Notes: generated by a model not told the origin, from the sequence alone. DNA of 64,000 nt from Basidiobolus meristosporus CBS 931.73 (GCA_002104905.1 MCFE01000193.1:1-64000); one strand, 5' to 3'. Numbered from the stretch's first letter, positions 10,898 to 23,193 are shown. Program-made: numbers and translations.

Positions 10898-12409
10898 ATG
10901 AGGTTGGTACACCTGGCATTGACTTTTGTTTCCTTCCTCGCATGCATTGCGGGGATTGAATCGGCTCCGTTAGATTTGTTACCAGCAGCAGTAGATATAT
11001 TGGAAGGAAGCGGTCCTGCAAACGAGACTTTCGCCAAATGCATAAGGAAATCCGGCGCCGAGATCATACTTCCATCGAATCTCATCCGTTACGACTTTGC
11101 ACGGGTCGGCAGAAGAACCAGAGTAATCAACCACCCGCTAGCGGTGGCCTATGCCGAGACGGCAGTCCAAGTACAGCAGCTTGTGAAGTGCGCCATTGAT
11201 GCAAAGGTGGTTGTAACTCCACGGAGTGGCGGCCATAGCTACGAAGGATTCTCTTCTACCACCGGAACGCTGGTAGTTGATATCTCCAAAATGAACAACT
11301 GCACGGCCACTGGCACTGACACCATCAGGGTGGAGGCTGGAATCCAACTACGAGACCTCTATCTGTCCATCCACAAGAGCAACCCTGGTCATACCTTTGC
11401 CGGGGGAACCTGTCCCACGGTTGGCCTTGGAGGAATCCTTAGCTCTGGAGGATATGGCACTGTTGCAAGAAGATTTGGCATCGGTGCTGACCACATACTC
11501 TCCGCAACGGTTGTGAACTCCAAAGGAGAGATCGTTGAGGTGAACGACAAGGCGGAGCCTGATCTGTTCTGGGCACTAAAAGGAGGCGGAGGAGGCACCT
11601 TTGGCTTGGTACTCTCCTACTCCTTAAAATTGGTCAAGACCCCCGAGAACAGTATGTTCCATATCACCTGGACCCTACTTGATGCAGTGGATGTGATTAT
11701 GCGCTTCCAGAAGTGGGCACCCACCGCAACCGACAAGTTGACCATGTACTTTTATCAGTTGCCAGGGATCCTTAAAATATACGGACACTACCTAGGTTCC
11801 ATGGACGAGCTTGACGCGGTGTTGAAGGAGAGCGGGCTTCTCGACATTGGTACGGCTGTCATGCACAAGGTCTCATGCTCTCCCCTCGGGGCAAAGATGT
11901 TCTTCAACTTCGACGACACTTGCCAAGATCGAGTGACCCTCGCCTCTCAAGCATTTGCGGACATCACCAAGAGCGAGAAATCCTACGCTAAGAGCCTGTT
12001 CATCGTGCGCGAAATCCCCAGGGAGGTGGTCATTGAATATCAGAAATTGTTGACGCTAGCGCCAGGGGTTACATATGTCAACATAGAGCCGCATGGAGGA
12101 ATCTTTGCAAGTCAGCCATCCTCCTTGACAGCCTATCCTCACCGAAAGGGCAATCTATTTCACATCGGCTTCGCTATCCTGGTAACCGGATTACCTGTAG
12201 CGGATGACCTGGCCCATGCTTGGATCAACAAGGTCCATAGCTTACTTCTTCCCTACTCCAATGCAGGTTCGTATCACGGTTATGCCGATTTGGACCTCCC
12301 TCACCCGCTGCAGTCCTACTTTGGCGCAAACGTGGACCGACTTGTCGAGGTAAAGCGTCGCTATGATCCCTCGAATGTATTTCGCAATCGGCAAAGCATT
12401 CATCCTTAA
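10898..12409 (+). CDS. Secreted FAD-linked oxidase, berberine-bridge-enzyme-like, 503 aa
   Basis: Signal peptide, RSGGHS flavinylation motif, GTCPTVG, C-terminal BBE tail YFGANVDRLVEVKRRYDPSNVF. Confidence 0.9.
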   Translation: MRLVHLALTFVSFLACIAGIESAPLDLLPAAVDILEGSGPANETFAKCIRKSGAEIILPSNLIRYDFARVGRRTRVINHPLAVAYAETAVQVQQLVKCAIDAKVVVTPRSGGHSYEGFSSTTGTLVVDISKMNNCTATGTDTIRVEAGIQLRDLYLSIHKSNPGHTFAGGTCPTVGLGGILSSGGYGTVARRFGIGADHILSATVVNSKGEIVEVNDKAEPDLFWALKGGGGGTFGLVLSYSLKLVKTPENSMFHITWTLLDAVDVIMRFQKWAPTATDKLTMYFYQLPGILKIYGHYLGSMDELDAVLKESGLLDIGTAVMHKVSCSPLGAKMFFNFDDTCQDRVTLASQAFADITKSEKSYAKSLFIVREIPREVVIEYQKLLTLAPGVTYVNIEPHGGIFASQPSSLTAYPHRKGNLFHIGFAILVTGLPVADDLAHAWINKVHSLLLPYSNAGSYHGYADLDLPHPLQSYFGANVDRLVEVKRRYDPSNVFRNRQSIHP

Positions 12410-12568
12410 GCTCCGTCATTGAGATACCCCACCCACAATTCTATACCCACCACAGCACTAGAGCCAAATAAAGCATCCTATCGCATGGCATTCATCTGGT
12501 TTGGAAATATTTATTGAAGGTATCATTCTATCACTAACGCAACAAGCTATTCTACACCGCGCCTCCGT

Positions 12569-13048
12569 TCATTCTTTCCTAGCGCCAACGAACTTGGACG
12601 CTCTCTTTCTGGACACCACGGGCCTTGCAAACTCCTGTGTCCAGTAGCTACCACGCGGATCATAGGCGACTCCGATCTGGGTGAACACTGGGTTCAAGAT
12701 GTTGCTACGATGCCCAGGAGAGTTCATCCAGGCGTTCATCACCGACATCTCATCACCAAACCCTGCTGCCACATTCTCACCAATACTGCCCCACACGTAT
12801 CCGGTTTCATCAATTCTGTCCCCCAAAGTTCGGTTGGGCTGGTCATGGGTCATTGTCCGGATGGTGGCTTGGTAGAGAGTATGCCTTTGCGCGGCCATCG
12901 TGAGCTTCGGATCAAGGCTTAAGGGGGGCACGCCAGCCTTTTGGCGCTCTTGGTTCACCAAAGCCAGGAGCCGGTTAGCATCAAAAGCAAGCGCCAACTT
13001 GGCGAACACAAGCACCGAGAGAATCAAGTAATAGCTGAAGAACTGCAT
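12569..13048 (-). CDS. Secreted CAP/SCP-domain protein (YkwD-like), likely start MQFFSY
   Basis: Signal peptide, LVNQER, AAQRH, GENVAAG, WMNSPGHRSNIL, YWTQEF. Confidence 0.9.
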   Translation of the reverse strand: MQFFSYYLILSVLVFAKLALAFDANRLLALVNQERQKAGVPPLSLDPKLTMAAQRHTLYQATIRTMTHDQPNRTLGDRIDETGYVWGSIGENVAAGFGDEMSVMNAWMNSPGHRSNILNPVFTQIGVAYDPRGSYWTQEFARPVVSRKRASKFVGARKE

Positions 13049-13847
13049 AGCTGCCAGCATCTGCGCCAAGTCGGCGAGACTTTTATATTGCTTCGAGCGG
13101 ATAATTCTTGGTCAACCACGCCAACCACAGTGCCCAGCCAATCCACCAAAATATCGATCTCATACATGCCCAATCTATGTTGCCTTCGATGGGAAGCTCA
13201 TCCCAACCACGGTCTCGTTAGCCCAGGACTGACAAATATGGGCGATAGCTTGGTGGTTCCCATCTTTAGTATTTCCCCAGATTCCTAATTCAGTCTGGTC
13301 GGACACCATAAACAGGAATAGAATCTGGTGGATGGTCGGCTATTCGAGTCTGTTTAGATATGTACCTAAGTTAATTAGGAGAGTCCAATGGTTGTTTAGG
13401 TAGTGTGACATGCCCAATTTGCTCATTCGTTGAATTTTGCCGTCCCCACTCGTCATGGCCAATTTTCTGCACCTCACCGGCGTACTTCCATCTTCTGTAT
13501 GACTTTCGCAATGGTAGGAGACGAGCTTGGATGTGAGTGCAACGTTCGTCGATGGCACAGTTCGATTGGGATTGTTGAGCACCAGGCAAGAATTCTTGCT
13601 GAGACCTGGGACACACTTTTGCAAAGGATGCACTTTATTAAACAAGAGATCCAATAGGATGATTGTTATTTGTTTTGATTTTCATCCAGATTTCTGAACG
13701 ATAGTATCAAGTGAATTTCTACTCATGATTGCCTTTAACTGCCCGTTTGAACACTCTATCGACACGTACACTTTCTGACCCGGCTTTGGAGATCCCCCGC
13801 AATTCACCAACCACAACTTTTAAAGCATATTCGTCTGACTTGATATC

Positions 13848-16096
13848 ATGCTCGGGTCCACTAGAGCGACAGTAAGTCTTGCCTACCAGTTGTACACCGA
13901 CTTGGTTTCCCCTTCGATGACTTATCAGATGTTATTCTTTTTTAGACCAAGGCTATTGCCACGGGTACGCCAAGAAGAGTAATGGAAGCGGTGGAGATAA
14001 CCGCTTCACCTGCCCCGATCAGAGGTGTGACTGTGAAAAGAAAGGTCTCTACGAGCACTCTTTCGCAGTCCACCACGGCCAGAAATGTTCGTCCAAGAGC
14101 GGACCCCGCCTCAACTGCTACGGGCAAGGCACCTCCCACCACAAGAACCACCACCACACGTAAAACTGCCCCTCCTGCAACGCGGCCAACAGCCACTCGA
14201 GCTGCAAGCGCAAGAGCCCCTGCCGTAGCTCCCAGAACCAGACCGGCCACTAGCAGTGCTACAGCCACACGTAAAGGCGCCACCGCCGCTACAAAGACTC
14301 TGGCCGGTACTGCGCGGACTGCCAAAGTGACAGGCGCCCCGGCGGAATCAGCCGACACTGAGGATAAGAGCCAGGACTCGGGTAGACCCAAAATCAAGAA
14401 GAGACCGGCTTGGGATACAAAGGGCCGTTTGGAGGACATGGAGCAGCTGATGGGTTTCCTCAAGGAGCAGATCAAACAATCAAACACCTCAATGACCGAC
14501 ATGCACGAAAAGCTGTCTGAGAGCGAGGCGAAGATCGACGAATTGGAAAGCTTCCGGAAAAACCTGGAGGATCGGGTGGAGGTCAAGGAAAAGGAAAACC
14601 ACGAGATCAATCAGCGGGCATCGGAACTGGAGCACAAACTGGAAGCCCTACAGGCCAGGAATGAAGAGGACATGAAGCGGGTGAAGCTTCAGTACGAAGA
14701 CGAACTGCTGGCGGTGTCTCGAGAAAAGGAACGAATCCTTCGCGAGAAAGAAGACGTCCTGAACGACCTGGCTCGAACCAGAGAGTCCCTGAAGCAGGAG
14801 GAGGATACCAACATTCAACTTCGCAACACCATCTCCACTCAATCTGCCAACTGTCTGCAGCTGGAGAGTGATCAGCGCGCGTTGAAAAACACCCTTGAAA
14901 CCACCGAAGCCACCTTGAGATTACGCGAATCACGAATCGCGGAGCTGGAGAAGCTGCTCGAGGAAACCAATTGCACCGTCGCCTCACTCGAGAGCAAATT
15001 AATGGAGGAAGAGACCCAGCGACGCAAGTTGCACAACACCATCCAGGAGTTGAAAGGGAACATCCGAGTATTTTGCAGGGTCCGACCCCTTCTCGGTGCC
15101 GAGCTTTCCGACGACATGTCCCATATCTCCTTCCCGGACGATGGGAAGTCCATCGAACTGTTCCAATCCCAAACCTCGGCGGACGGCTCCAAGACCACCT
15201 CGAAAAGCTTCCCCTTCCAGTTTGACAAAGTATTCCAACCCGGCGTTTCCCAAGCCGAGGTGTTCGAGGAGATCTCCCAGCTGGTCCAGTCCGCGTTGGA
15301 TGGCTATCCGGTAAGCATCTTCGCTTACGGACAGACCGGCGGGGGTAAAACGTTCACCATGGAAGGTCCGGACCATCCCACCCACGAGAACATGGGAGTG
15401 ATCCCCCGCGCGGTTCTGCAAATCTACCAAACGGCGAATCTGTTGAAGGAGAAGGGATGGGAGTATACCATGGAGGGCCAGTACGTGGAGATCTACAACG
15501 AAACCGTTCATGATTTGCTCGGCGACGGGATCCTGAGTAGCAAACACGAGATCCGCCATTTGCCCAACAACAAAACCGTCATCACCGACATCACCACCGT
15601 GTCGTTGAACACCCCCGACAAGGTGTCGGAGCTGATGAAGAAGGCTGGCCAGAATCGGGCCGTGGCCGCCACCCAATGCAACGACCGCTCCTCGCGTAGC
15701 CATTCGGTATTTACGCTGCGACTAACCGGCACCAACTCGCTTACCGGCGAGGTGTCGGAGGGGGTGTTGAACCTGATAGATCTCGCCGGTTCCGAACGTC
15801 TCTCCTCCTCCAAGTCCACCGGAGACAGGCTCAAGGAAACCCAGGCGATCAACAAAAGCCTCAGCAGCCTAGGGGACGTCATCTTCGCCCTGGCCAACAA
15901 AGAAAATCACATCCCGTATCGCAACTCGAAGCTGACCTACCTGCTGCAGAACTCCCTCGGCGGGAACTCGAAAACCCTGATGTTCGTCAACATCAGCCCG
16001 CTGTCGACCAATTTCGGAGAAACTCTGTGCTCCCTGAGATTCGCCACCAAGGTCAACAACTGCCAGATCGGAACCGCGCGTAAAGTCATCAAGTAG
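13848..16096 (+). CDS. KAR3: Kinesin-14 (KAR3/KlpA-like) C-terminal motor; exon 1 13848-13871, intron 13872-13945
   Basis: Basic tail, coiled coil, neck [15 protein letters not shown]-loop GQTGGGKT, switch I NDRSSRSH, switch II DLAGSE. An upstream ATG exon splices in frame through GTAAGT...TTTTAG. Confidence 0.93.
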
Positions 16097-16290
16097 CCCC
16101 CCCTCCACCTTCACACGTATACATCCCACCCATCCACCGCCAAGTCTTGATCGCATGTAAAAAGGACCTTCGTGAGAAATCGACTTTCTTACCATTTTTT
16201 TCAATTCTGCGTGTATTATTCCCATGAATATTTCTTGATTCTCCCTTGAATTTCTTGCTAATTTTCCAATAAACGATCCACCATCGCGTG

Positions 16291-16298
16291 GTCACGTG
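16291..16298. promoter_or_regulatory. GTCACGTG (Cbf1/bHLH-type E-box) upstream of RPS23
   Basis: Exact motif; a second exact copy lies upstream of eIF3j. Confidence 0.4.
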
Positions 16299-16419
16299 CC
16301 ACGGCCGGGATGATGTTCGGAGATTGGTAGATTCGGGGGGACGGCCGAGTGGGACGATTGAGGGTCTTAAGGAAGAGCAATTCGAGTGGGGGGGCTCCCT
16401 CTTTCAATCCTAAGTTAAT

Positions 16420-16950
16420 ATGGGTAAGTACGACGCGGCCCCATGGAAATAGATGGAAGCGGCAGTTTGATGGATGTACACTTGAGCAAATGACTAACTC
16501 CAGATACTCGTTCCAGGTAAGGGTAAGCCTAGAGGTCTTCAAGCCGCTCGTAAGCTTCGCAACCACCGTCGCGAAGAACGTTGGGCCGACAAGCAATACA
16601 AGAAGCGTGCCCTCGGTACCGCCTTCAAGTCCTCTCCCTTCGGTGGGTCCTCCCACGCCAAGGGAATCGTCTTGGAAAAGATCGGTGTTGAAGCCAAGCA
16701 ACCTAACTCCGCCATTCGTAAGTGCGTCCGTGTTCAACTTATCAAGAACGGTAAGAAGATCACCGCCTTCGTGCCCAACGATGGTTGTTTGAACTTCGTC
16801 GAGGAGAACGACGAAGTCCTCATCTCCGGGTTCGGCCGTAAGGGTCGTGCCGTGGGTGATATTCCTGGTGTTCGTTTCAAGGTTGTCAAGGTCTCCGGTG
16901 TCTCCCTTCTTGCTTTGTACAAGGAGAAGAAGGAGAAGCCCAGATCTTAA
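16420..16950 (+). CDS. RPS23: 40S ribosomal protein uS12/S23; exon 1 16420-16423, intron 16424-16516
   Basis: Spliced [15 protein letters not shown]...[21 protein letters not shown]. Confidence 0.97.
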
Positions 16951-17289
16951 TTTCCAAATCCCTAGTGTATTCCTCCATATCGGCAGACTTTACGAAATAA
17001 ACCTGAACTATCCTTTATTTGGATCTCAATTTCTTACCTAACTGTGCGAGTTATCATGTGTATACGATGTTGCTCGGAGAGCAGGCTTAGGCTGCCTTGG
17101 CCGTTGGGGTCCAAGTGATGGTCGATTTCAGGGACCATCCTCATCACGGGCTAGCGCTCGTGCGGACGGAGATTAGGGCCAGGTAGCCAATGAACTGCAC
17201 CCTGGATAAAAATGGGCCTTATTTGGAGCGAGCGTGAATTTAATGAGGTGATTCGTGTTGGGAAGCGGTTCCTTCTCTCTTCATCAATC

Positions 17290-17620
17290 ATGGAAAACGA
17301 CCAAGGTGTTCTCGTTGACTTGTACGTCCCCAGAAAGTGGTACGTATCCCAGCATCCCGAACGAAACCTCACCCATCAATCGCACTAACCATGGAATCCA
17401 TCGATCTAGCTCCGCCACTGGCCGTCTTATCCCCGCCAAGGACCACGCCTCCGTCCAAATCAACATTGGTGAGGTCGACTCCGAAGGTCGTTACACTGGT
17501 TCCTTCCAGACCTATGCCTTCTCTGGCTTCGTTCGCAAGCTCGGTGAGTCCGACGACTCCCTCAACCGTCTCGCCACCAAGGACGGTTTCTTGAAGAATG
17601 TCTGGTCCTACCAGAAGTAA
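17290..17620 (+). CDS. RPS21: 40S ribosomal protein eS21; intron 17340-17409
   Basis: Spliced [35 protein letters not shown]. Confidence 0.97.
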
Positions 17621-17942
17621 ATCCATCCGTGGAATAATAATAAACCTTTGTAGAATGCTTGCGACCGTTTTATTTCCTATTCACTCGACTTATGGCCGAG
17701 TAGTGATGTCGTTGGTTGCCAAGTTGATCCAGCTGTTTGGCTGCGAGCCTACTTAATAAACCTGTTCGCCGACTCTATTCCCCCCCCCCCGGACCACACA
17801 TACTTGGTCTCGAAGATACAGTCAACCAAAGATATACAAATGAACGAGATGTTCTTGAGTGATTATTCAACGTATATTTAGGAAACTCGTGCTTTAACTT
17901 GGGTGGAGTAGGATGGGGGGAAGGTTGGGTGACATAAGAACT

Positions 17943-18833
17943 TTACATGAAATCGTCGAAATCATCATCCAAGTTTCTAGAATAATCAGTGGTATCAATA
18001 GCATCGACCTGCTTGATGGTGGCGGTGGTCTTCTTGGTCTTCTTCTTACCCTTGGCAGCATCCTTGGCGGCTCTTTGCTTCTCGTTGGCTAGGGTGGTGA
18101 GGATCGAGGCCAATTTACGCACTTCCACATCCTTGAGCGGGGAGGCCAATTCACGGACGAACCCTTCCAAGAAACCCATGTACACGGTGGGGCGAACTTG
18201 CTTGGAGGTGGAGTTGATACGTTCAAGCAACACGGTGGAGAACTCATCGAATTCCTCCTTGGTCTTAGGTTGAAGACGGGTGAGTTTGTTACCAACCTCG
18301 GTATCCTTCACGGAGACCCCAGAGAACAAGTCGGTGGCGTTCTCGATGTCGGCCTCAACCTCAAGTGCTTGGAGACGAGCTCTGCGTGCGGCAGCGTCCT
18401 CATCACCAGCCATGGCGGCCTTCTTCTCGGCGATCTGCTGCTTACGTTTTTCCTCCTCTTCCTGTCTCATACGGATCTTCTCGGCGAGAGGGATCTTCTT
18501 GGGCTTGGCTGGCGCGGCCACCGGAGCGGCCTTTTTCTCCTCCTCCTCTTCAGCCTCCGAATCGGAGTCATCCCAGTTGTCCTGTTCGCCCCAACGGTAG
18601 TGTAAGTGTCCGGGGAATCGAAGTCGGTGGAGTGGTGCGAAAGGCTTACCTTGACGCCATCAGAGTCCTCATCTTCGTCGTCCCAGAATTTCCCCGTCTT
18701 GGCTACAACCACAGCTGGAACCTCGTCAAAATCTTCTTTTTCTAAAGGGGAACTCGCGGTTAGCAAAAGGGTGACCGAAGTGGGGGGGAATTGGCGACCG
18801 GAGTCACGACGTAAACATACCCCAGTCGGACAT
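17943..18833 (-). CDS. HCR1: Translation initiation factor eIF3 subunit j, 3 exons
   Basis: Spliced acidic N-terminus MSDWEKEDFDE...WDDEDEDSDGVKDNWDDSDSE, RQLEVEADIENA-like segment, KLxSxLTTLANEKQR, C-terminal DDDFDDFM; GT-AG introns. Confidence 0.9.
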
Positions 18834-18994
18834 GTTCGATGTATACGCCTCTAGCTTTGCTGTTGAACGAACAACTATTCACCAATACGAAAAAAAAAGG
18901 TGGTCAAGAAAAATCCCCCCCCCCTCCCCTTGTTCCATATGGACCGTGAAAATTTGGGTAGAAAAAAAATTCCCTTGGACGTCTGCCCTGGCCG

Positions 18995-19002
18995 GTCACG
19001 TG
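18995..19002. promoter_or_regulatory. GTCACGTG E-box in the eIF3j/RTC3 divergent promoter; RRPE-like TGAAAATTT at 18947-18955
   Basis: Exact motif seen in sequence; function inferred. Confidence 0.4.
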
Positions 19003-19671
19003 AGAGACCGAGGGACAGGGGAGAGCGAATCTTTCCATCGGGTTCCTTGACAGATGATGGCTGGACGGAAATGGCGACTGGATCTTGGGTGTGGGCATCC
19101 CCTTCCTCGACACAAACTCTCGGTAGATCCTATTGTCGCTCAAGAGGGATGATCTCCAGCCTGCGGAAATGCCGGATTCCTCAGATGCAAGGTCGGTTTC
19201 TCGCCTTCTATGATTATCAGTAAAGCTGGTGATTAAGCACCTTCTATGGGGAATAACATAATTGCTTCTGGCATTCTGCCATGCCTAGATCAGACCAAGT
19301 GACGTGGTGATAGTGACTTGGGTGAGTTGACGCTGGAACTAGGCGATGTGCTACAGCCACAGATTCCGATCAAAGTTGGCATCCCGAAGATACAACGGTT
19401 AGCCGACCCGCTTAGCTGAGGAGCATTCCATGGACTATCCCGTCAGAGCAATCAAACCATTCTTGACTGACAGCTGAAGATACAGTTAGGTAGGTGGAAG
19501 CGTAATGAAACACCAAAGTGGGTATCGATTGCGTCCAACCCACGTCATGATCAAGCATGATTTCATACTGATCCGTGACATACTTGTTGTGTGGTACCAC
19601 CGTCGACGACTATATATCGGGTGTCGCTGGGAAACCACCCGACAATTATCTCTCTGCAATCAATCTTCACC

Positions 19672-20040
19672 ATGGCCGCTACTCAACAAGTCGTTTTCTC
19701 CGATAAAGAGAAGTCCGATACCGAATTCTTCGTCTTCGTGAACCCCGAAGTCTACGAGGAGTGGGAATCCGACAAGTCCGTCCCCATCTCCAAGGTCGTT
19801 CAGGCATTCAACATCTACGTCACACGCACCGGTGGCAGCACCGGGGTGGCTGAGACCCCCTCGAACCAAGAGTTGGAGAACACCTTCGGCACCTCCAACG
19901 ACACCGCCGTTGTCGAACACATCCTTAAGCACGGGGTGGCAAAGGGCAGCTCCGGAATCCGCAAGACTGGCGACAAGTTCAACCTGTCTCGCGGAAGAGG
20001 AGTAAGCACCTCTGACGCCAGCAACAATGTCCACAATTAA
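19672..20040 (+). CDS. RTC3: Stand-alone SBDS N-terminal-domain protein (Rtc3/Yhr087w-like), 122 aa
   Basis: EFFVFVNPEVYEEW..DKSVPISKVV..FNIY and PSNQELENTFGT..D..VVEHILKHG pattern. Confidence 0.75.
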   Translation: MAATQQVVFSDKEKSDTEFFVFVNPEVYEEWESDKSVPISKVVQAFNIYVTRTGGSTGVAETPSNQELENTFGTSNDTAVVEHILKHGVAKGSSGIRKTGDKFNLSRGRGVSTSDASNNVHN

Positions 20041-22072
20041 CCAACCCACCTCTCCCTTGTATTCCCATCCATTCCCATGTAGACCATTCTTGAATAAAGT
20101 TTCCCACCACCCCCCCTGAAGATCCATGTTCCACTTCATCTAAACCTAGACCAAGTATGGTAATGGGGGAATTTACGTAGTGGTCACGTCACACTCTTGC
20201 CTGACCACCACCATTGTGTATGGAATCAATTAATCAATCTCCGCGATACTCTCATCCAGAGTGAATGATTGGCGAGGTATCATATCATATGGTGGAGAAT
20301 TTCGCCAGATTCAGTGGCAAATTCCGTCGCTCCAGGACCTGCTCCCACCCTGCCAATGGTTGCATTCCTCAGAGGGTTGATTTTTCCATGGGCTTCGACC
20401 GGTGAGTGGGCATCCTTGCGAGTCCTCACTCCTCATACGTATAACGCCCAGGACCTCTATAAGTGGTGTTGTACCTGAATCTCCCTAGGTTCCATCCTGG
20501 TGGGAGACGCTGGTGAGTGGTGCTGTCCGATCAATGATGGCGATGCTTAGACTCAGACATCCAGGTCGGATTTGGAAAGCAAAACCTTTGGAGGGCTGGT
20601 GGGATATGATTGATCCGGAGATCGGGTCTTCGCCAGTCAACTGGACGCTGACGTAGTTGGTAAAACCACCCTGAATGAGTTGTCCTTGTAACGAGCATGC
20701 CACTGGTCGACATGAGGAAGCGTAGATACTGATCTAACTCGTGGCTTAGCTCAGATCTGTGAAACGGGCCAGAGGATCGTTCCTTCCAAGAGAACATGGA
20801 AGGCCCCAAACCGGCCAAGTAACCGGATCAAACCTGCCTCTTCACCACTCCACCGTTCTCCAAGTCCCTGTCCTGAGCCAAGAGTTCGCAACCGATTCCT
20901 CCAAGTCCACCCCCCCAAACCTCACCATGCCCAGCAATGGCTGGGACTCTCCGTCATATGACCTCCGCCGAAGATTCTAAATCAAGCTTCCTTAGCGAGC
21001 TGGTGACACCTTGGAGAGACAGGTTGCAGATCACTGGCTCATCACCTGCACGTCCGTCGCGAGTGCTTCCATCATTAGTCCGTGGTTGGGAACTCGTTGG
21101 TATTGCTGAATGGACGATGGATCTCGAAAGGGTTCGGACGCCCGACCAAAGCGTACACCTTACCCTCTAATTCATCCCAGATGACTGCCGAACCCCCATC
21201 TGGTCCCTACGACCACACAGTTCCACCCCCTTCCCCCCCCAGATTCCCAGGGAAACCGAATCCGTCGCGCGTAGTGGTCCAGCTGCCGTTTCTTCAGAAA
21301 ACGGGGATCCGTTTGAAAGACCACTTAGCGCTCGGTCGAAGAAGTTCACTCGAGGATTCCATGGATGGAAGATGGAAAAGGGGCCGCATCTAGCAGCAGA
21401 TCATCATCCCTCGACCGTTCCAATGGGATGTGGGCCAGATTCTGAGGTCCTTCCACTGCCCAAAACTTGGCCTATATCTTACCAAGACCTTCCAAGACCC
21501 TCGGTGGTTGGTTCGGGGCGGGGCGGGCGGGCGGAATGCTCCATCTGGACTACGGGCTTCTTCCATACAATGGATTAACCCACTTTGGAAGGTTCCCACT
21601 TCCATCACGGGTCTCCGAATCTCCCCTACTGCTAATTCACCCAACCCCCTCCTCTGCCTAATGATCTTTGGTGCTGCCTCGGCTTTCTTCGTACCTCGCC
21701 CGTTACAGTCAGTTACCCCCAGCGGTCTATGTGGGGAATCGAGGTTCGTTTTCTGGTCCGACACCGTCGTGAAGATGTCACCGACCAATGGGTGGTTCGA
21801 ACCATGGAGAGTGCCGGGTTACTTGGCCCTCCCCACCTACCAAGCTACTCATGATCAGTGGTTCCCGGCTGTCGTTGGATGATACCCCAATGGTGCGCTA
21901 TGCATGTCGCCCAAATCGAGGTCATTCCCTAGAATGGTAACCCATTGGATGCCAAATAAGGCACCCTAATTTAGTCTTGGTGATATTTGGGTGGGGATCT
22001 CATGGAGATGCCCAAACCTCTGGAAGGAGTCTTGCCAAGACTACTCCTGCAAAGTGCTTCCCAACAGGCATC

Positions 22073-22105
22073 GTGTGTGTGTGTGTGTGTGTGTGTGGGG
22101 GGGGG
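22073..22105 (+). repeat. (GT)12-G9 microsatellite
   Basis: Directly visible; about 100 bp before the start of the CpG-depleted compartment. Confidence 0.95.
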
Positions 22106-22199
22106 TTCCTCCCGTGAGAGGCTTACCCAATCCCCAGTGGCGACAAACACTTGTAGTGGGAACCTAGTCCTGGCACCAAAACCCGTTGGCATCTCCACT

Positions 22200-23020
22200 C
22201 TGTTCATAATGGAGGAAGGGGCTATGATTGAAGAAGCATGATTCTCTAAAAGCTCATCAACTTCACTAGAGATACATTCACCCAGCTACTCTTCAAGCTC
22301 TAGTGGAAACAGCTGTTGTCTTGTAGGTAGTTCTTGCTGGCCATACTTGGAATGGGACTGGTCTTGGTTGGCAGTATTTATTGCTACAAACTGCAGCCTT
22401 TAGACTTGTTCTGTTGGATAGATCCATGTTGTACCAAGATCACCAGTCAGTGCCACAGAGTGCCAGTTGCTTCAACATAACATATATTCTGCTGCACTAT
22501 ATGTAGCTGCCAACTGCACCTTTGTGCAAACAGGCCTCTCTGTTTCACTTGCCAATCCAGAGAAAGTACATCTTTAGGTCCTTCTTCTTGACTTAAATCC
22601 ATGACCAACAGGCAAGAAAGAGATTTGCATGAAGACTTTGAGGATCTATCCAGAGCTCATGGCACTCTGAACCCTGTGGGAAAGATTTATGACATACCAC
22701 ATAAATTCATGGTACTATTCACCAGGGCAAGTCTTTTATATTGATATCATTGCAAGGCTGATACCTAGTTAGAGTGCCAGATAGTACTTGTAGGCAAAGA
22801 TAGTCCTAAACATTCTTTTGTTGTGCCCCTCCACCAGAATTCAAAGTGCCATAGGTCATACTCCTGTGACTCATGGCCTGACCTGATAAGAAGGGACCCA
22901 GAAGCTGGTTTTGTCTGCATGGGTAGCCTTAAGAGAAATGATTTGGTCCAATGGATGAATCTAATCAGGATCAGCTGCAAAAATCCTATTGGGAGGTCAT
23001 CATATTATTGGCAAGTGTGA
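22200..23020 (+). mobile_element. Degenerate TE relic, possibly LINE 3-prime zinc-binding (zf-RVT-like) region
   Basis: CpG-free; broken-frame peptide KIYDIPHKF...YHC...LECQ...DSPKHSFV resembles a CCHC motif; no intact ORF. Confidence 0.3.
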
Positions 23021-23021
23021 T

Positions 23022-23193
23022 CCCTAAGAAACAAAATCAGCAAAAGGCTGGCACAAAATCATCATTACATCAGCTGCATTCCTAGTGTGTCTAAACTTAC
23101 AGCCCTCAGTCAACAAGGTGCTATCCATTTGGCAGATAGGCACACTAATTTTCTTGGAGGAGACTAGGCCAACTGGCATGCATACCAAGTTTG
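23022..23193 (+). mobile_element. MITE family M, 5-prime fragment cut by the Copia LTR
   Basis: Starts CCCTAAGAAA and shares GGAGGAGACTAGGC.AACT.GCAT.CATACCAA with the 57719-58029 copy. Confidence 0.7.

Noticed and set aside
13340-13657. Overlapping 75-104 aa ORFs between CAP and kinesin
   Set aside because: No family signature and mutually overlapping; likely spurious.
15320-15360. Kinesin P-loop GQTGGGKT instead of GQTGSGKT
   Set aside because: Still fits GxxxxGKT and both switch motifs are intact; no reason to infer a dead motor.
13942-15900. Long antisense ORFs (222, 234, 130 aa) opposite kinesin
   Set aside because: Shadow ORFs expected from GC-rich codon usage of the real gene.
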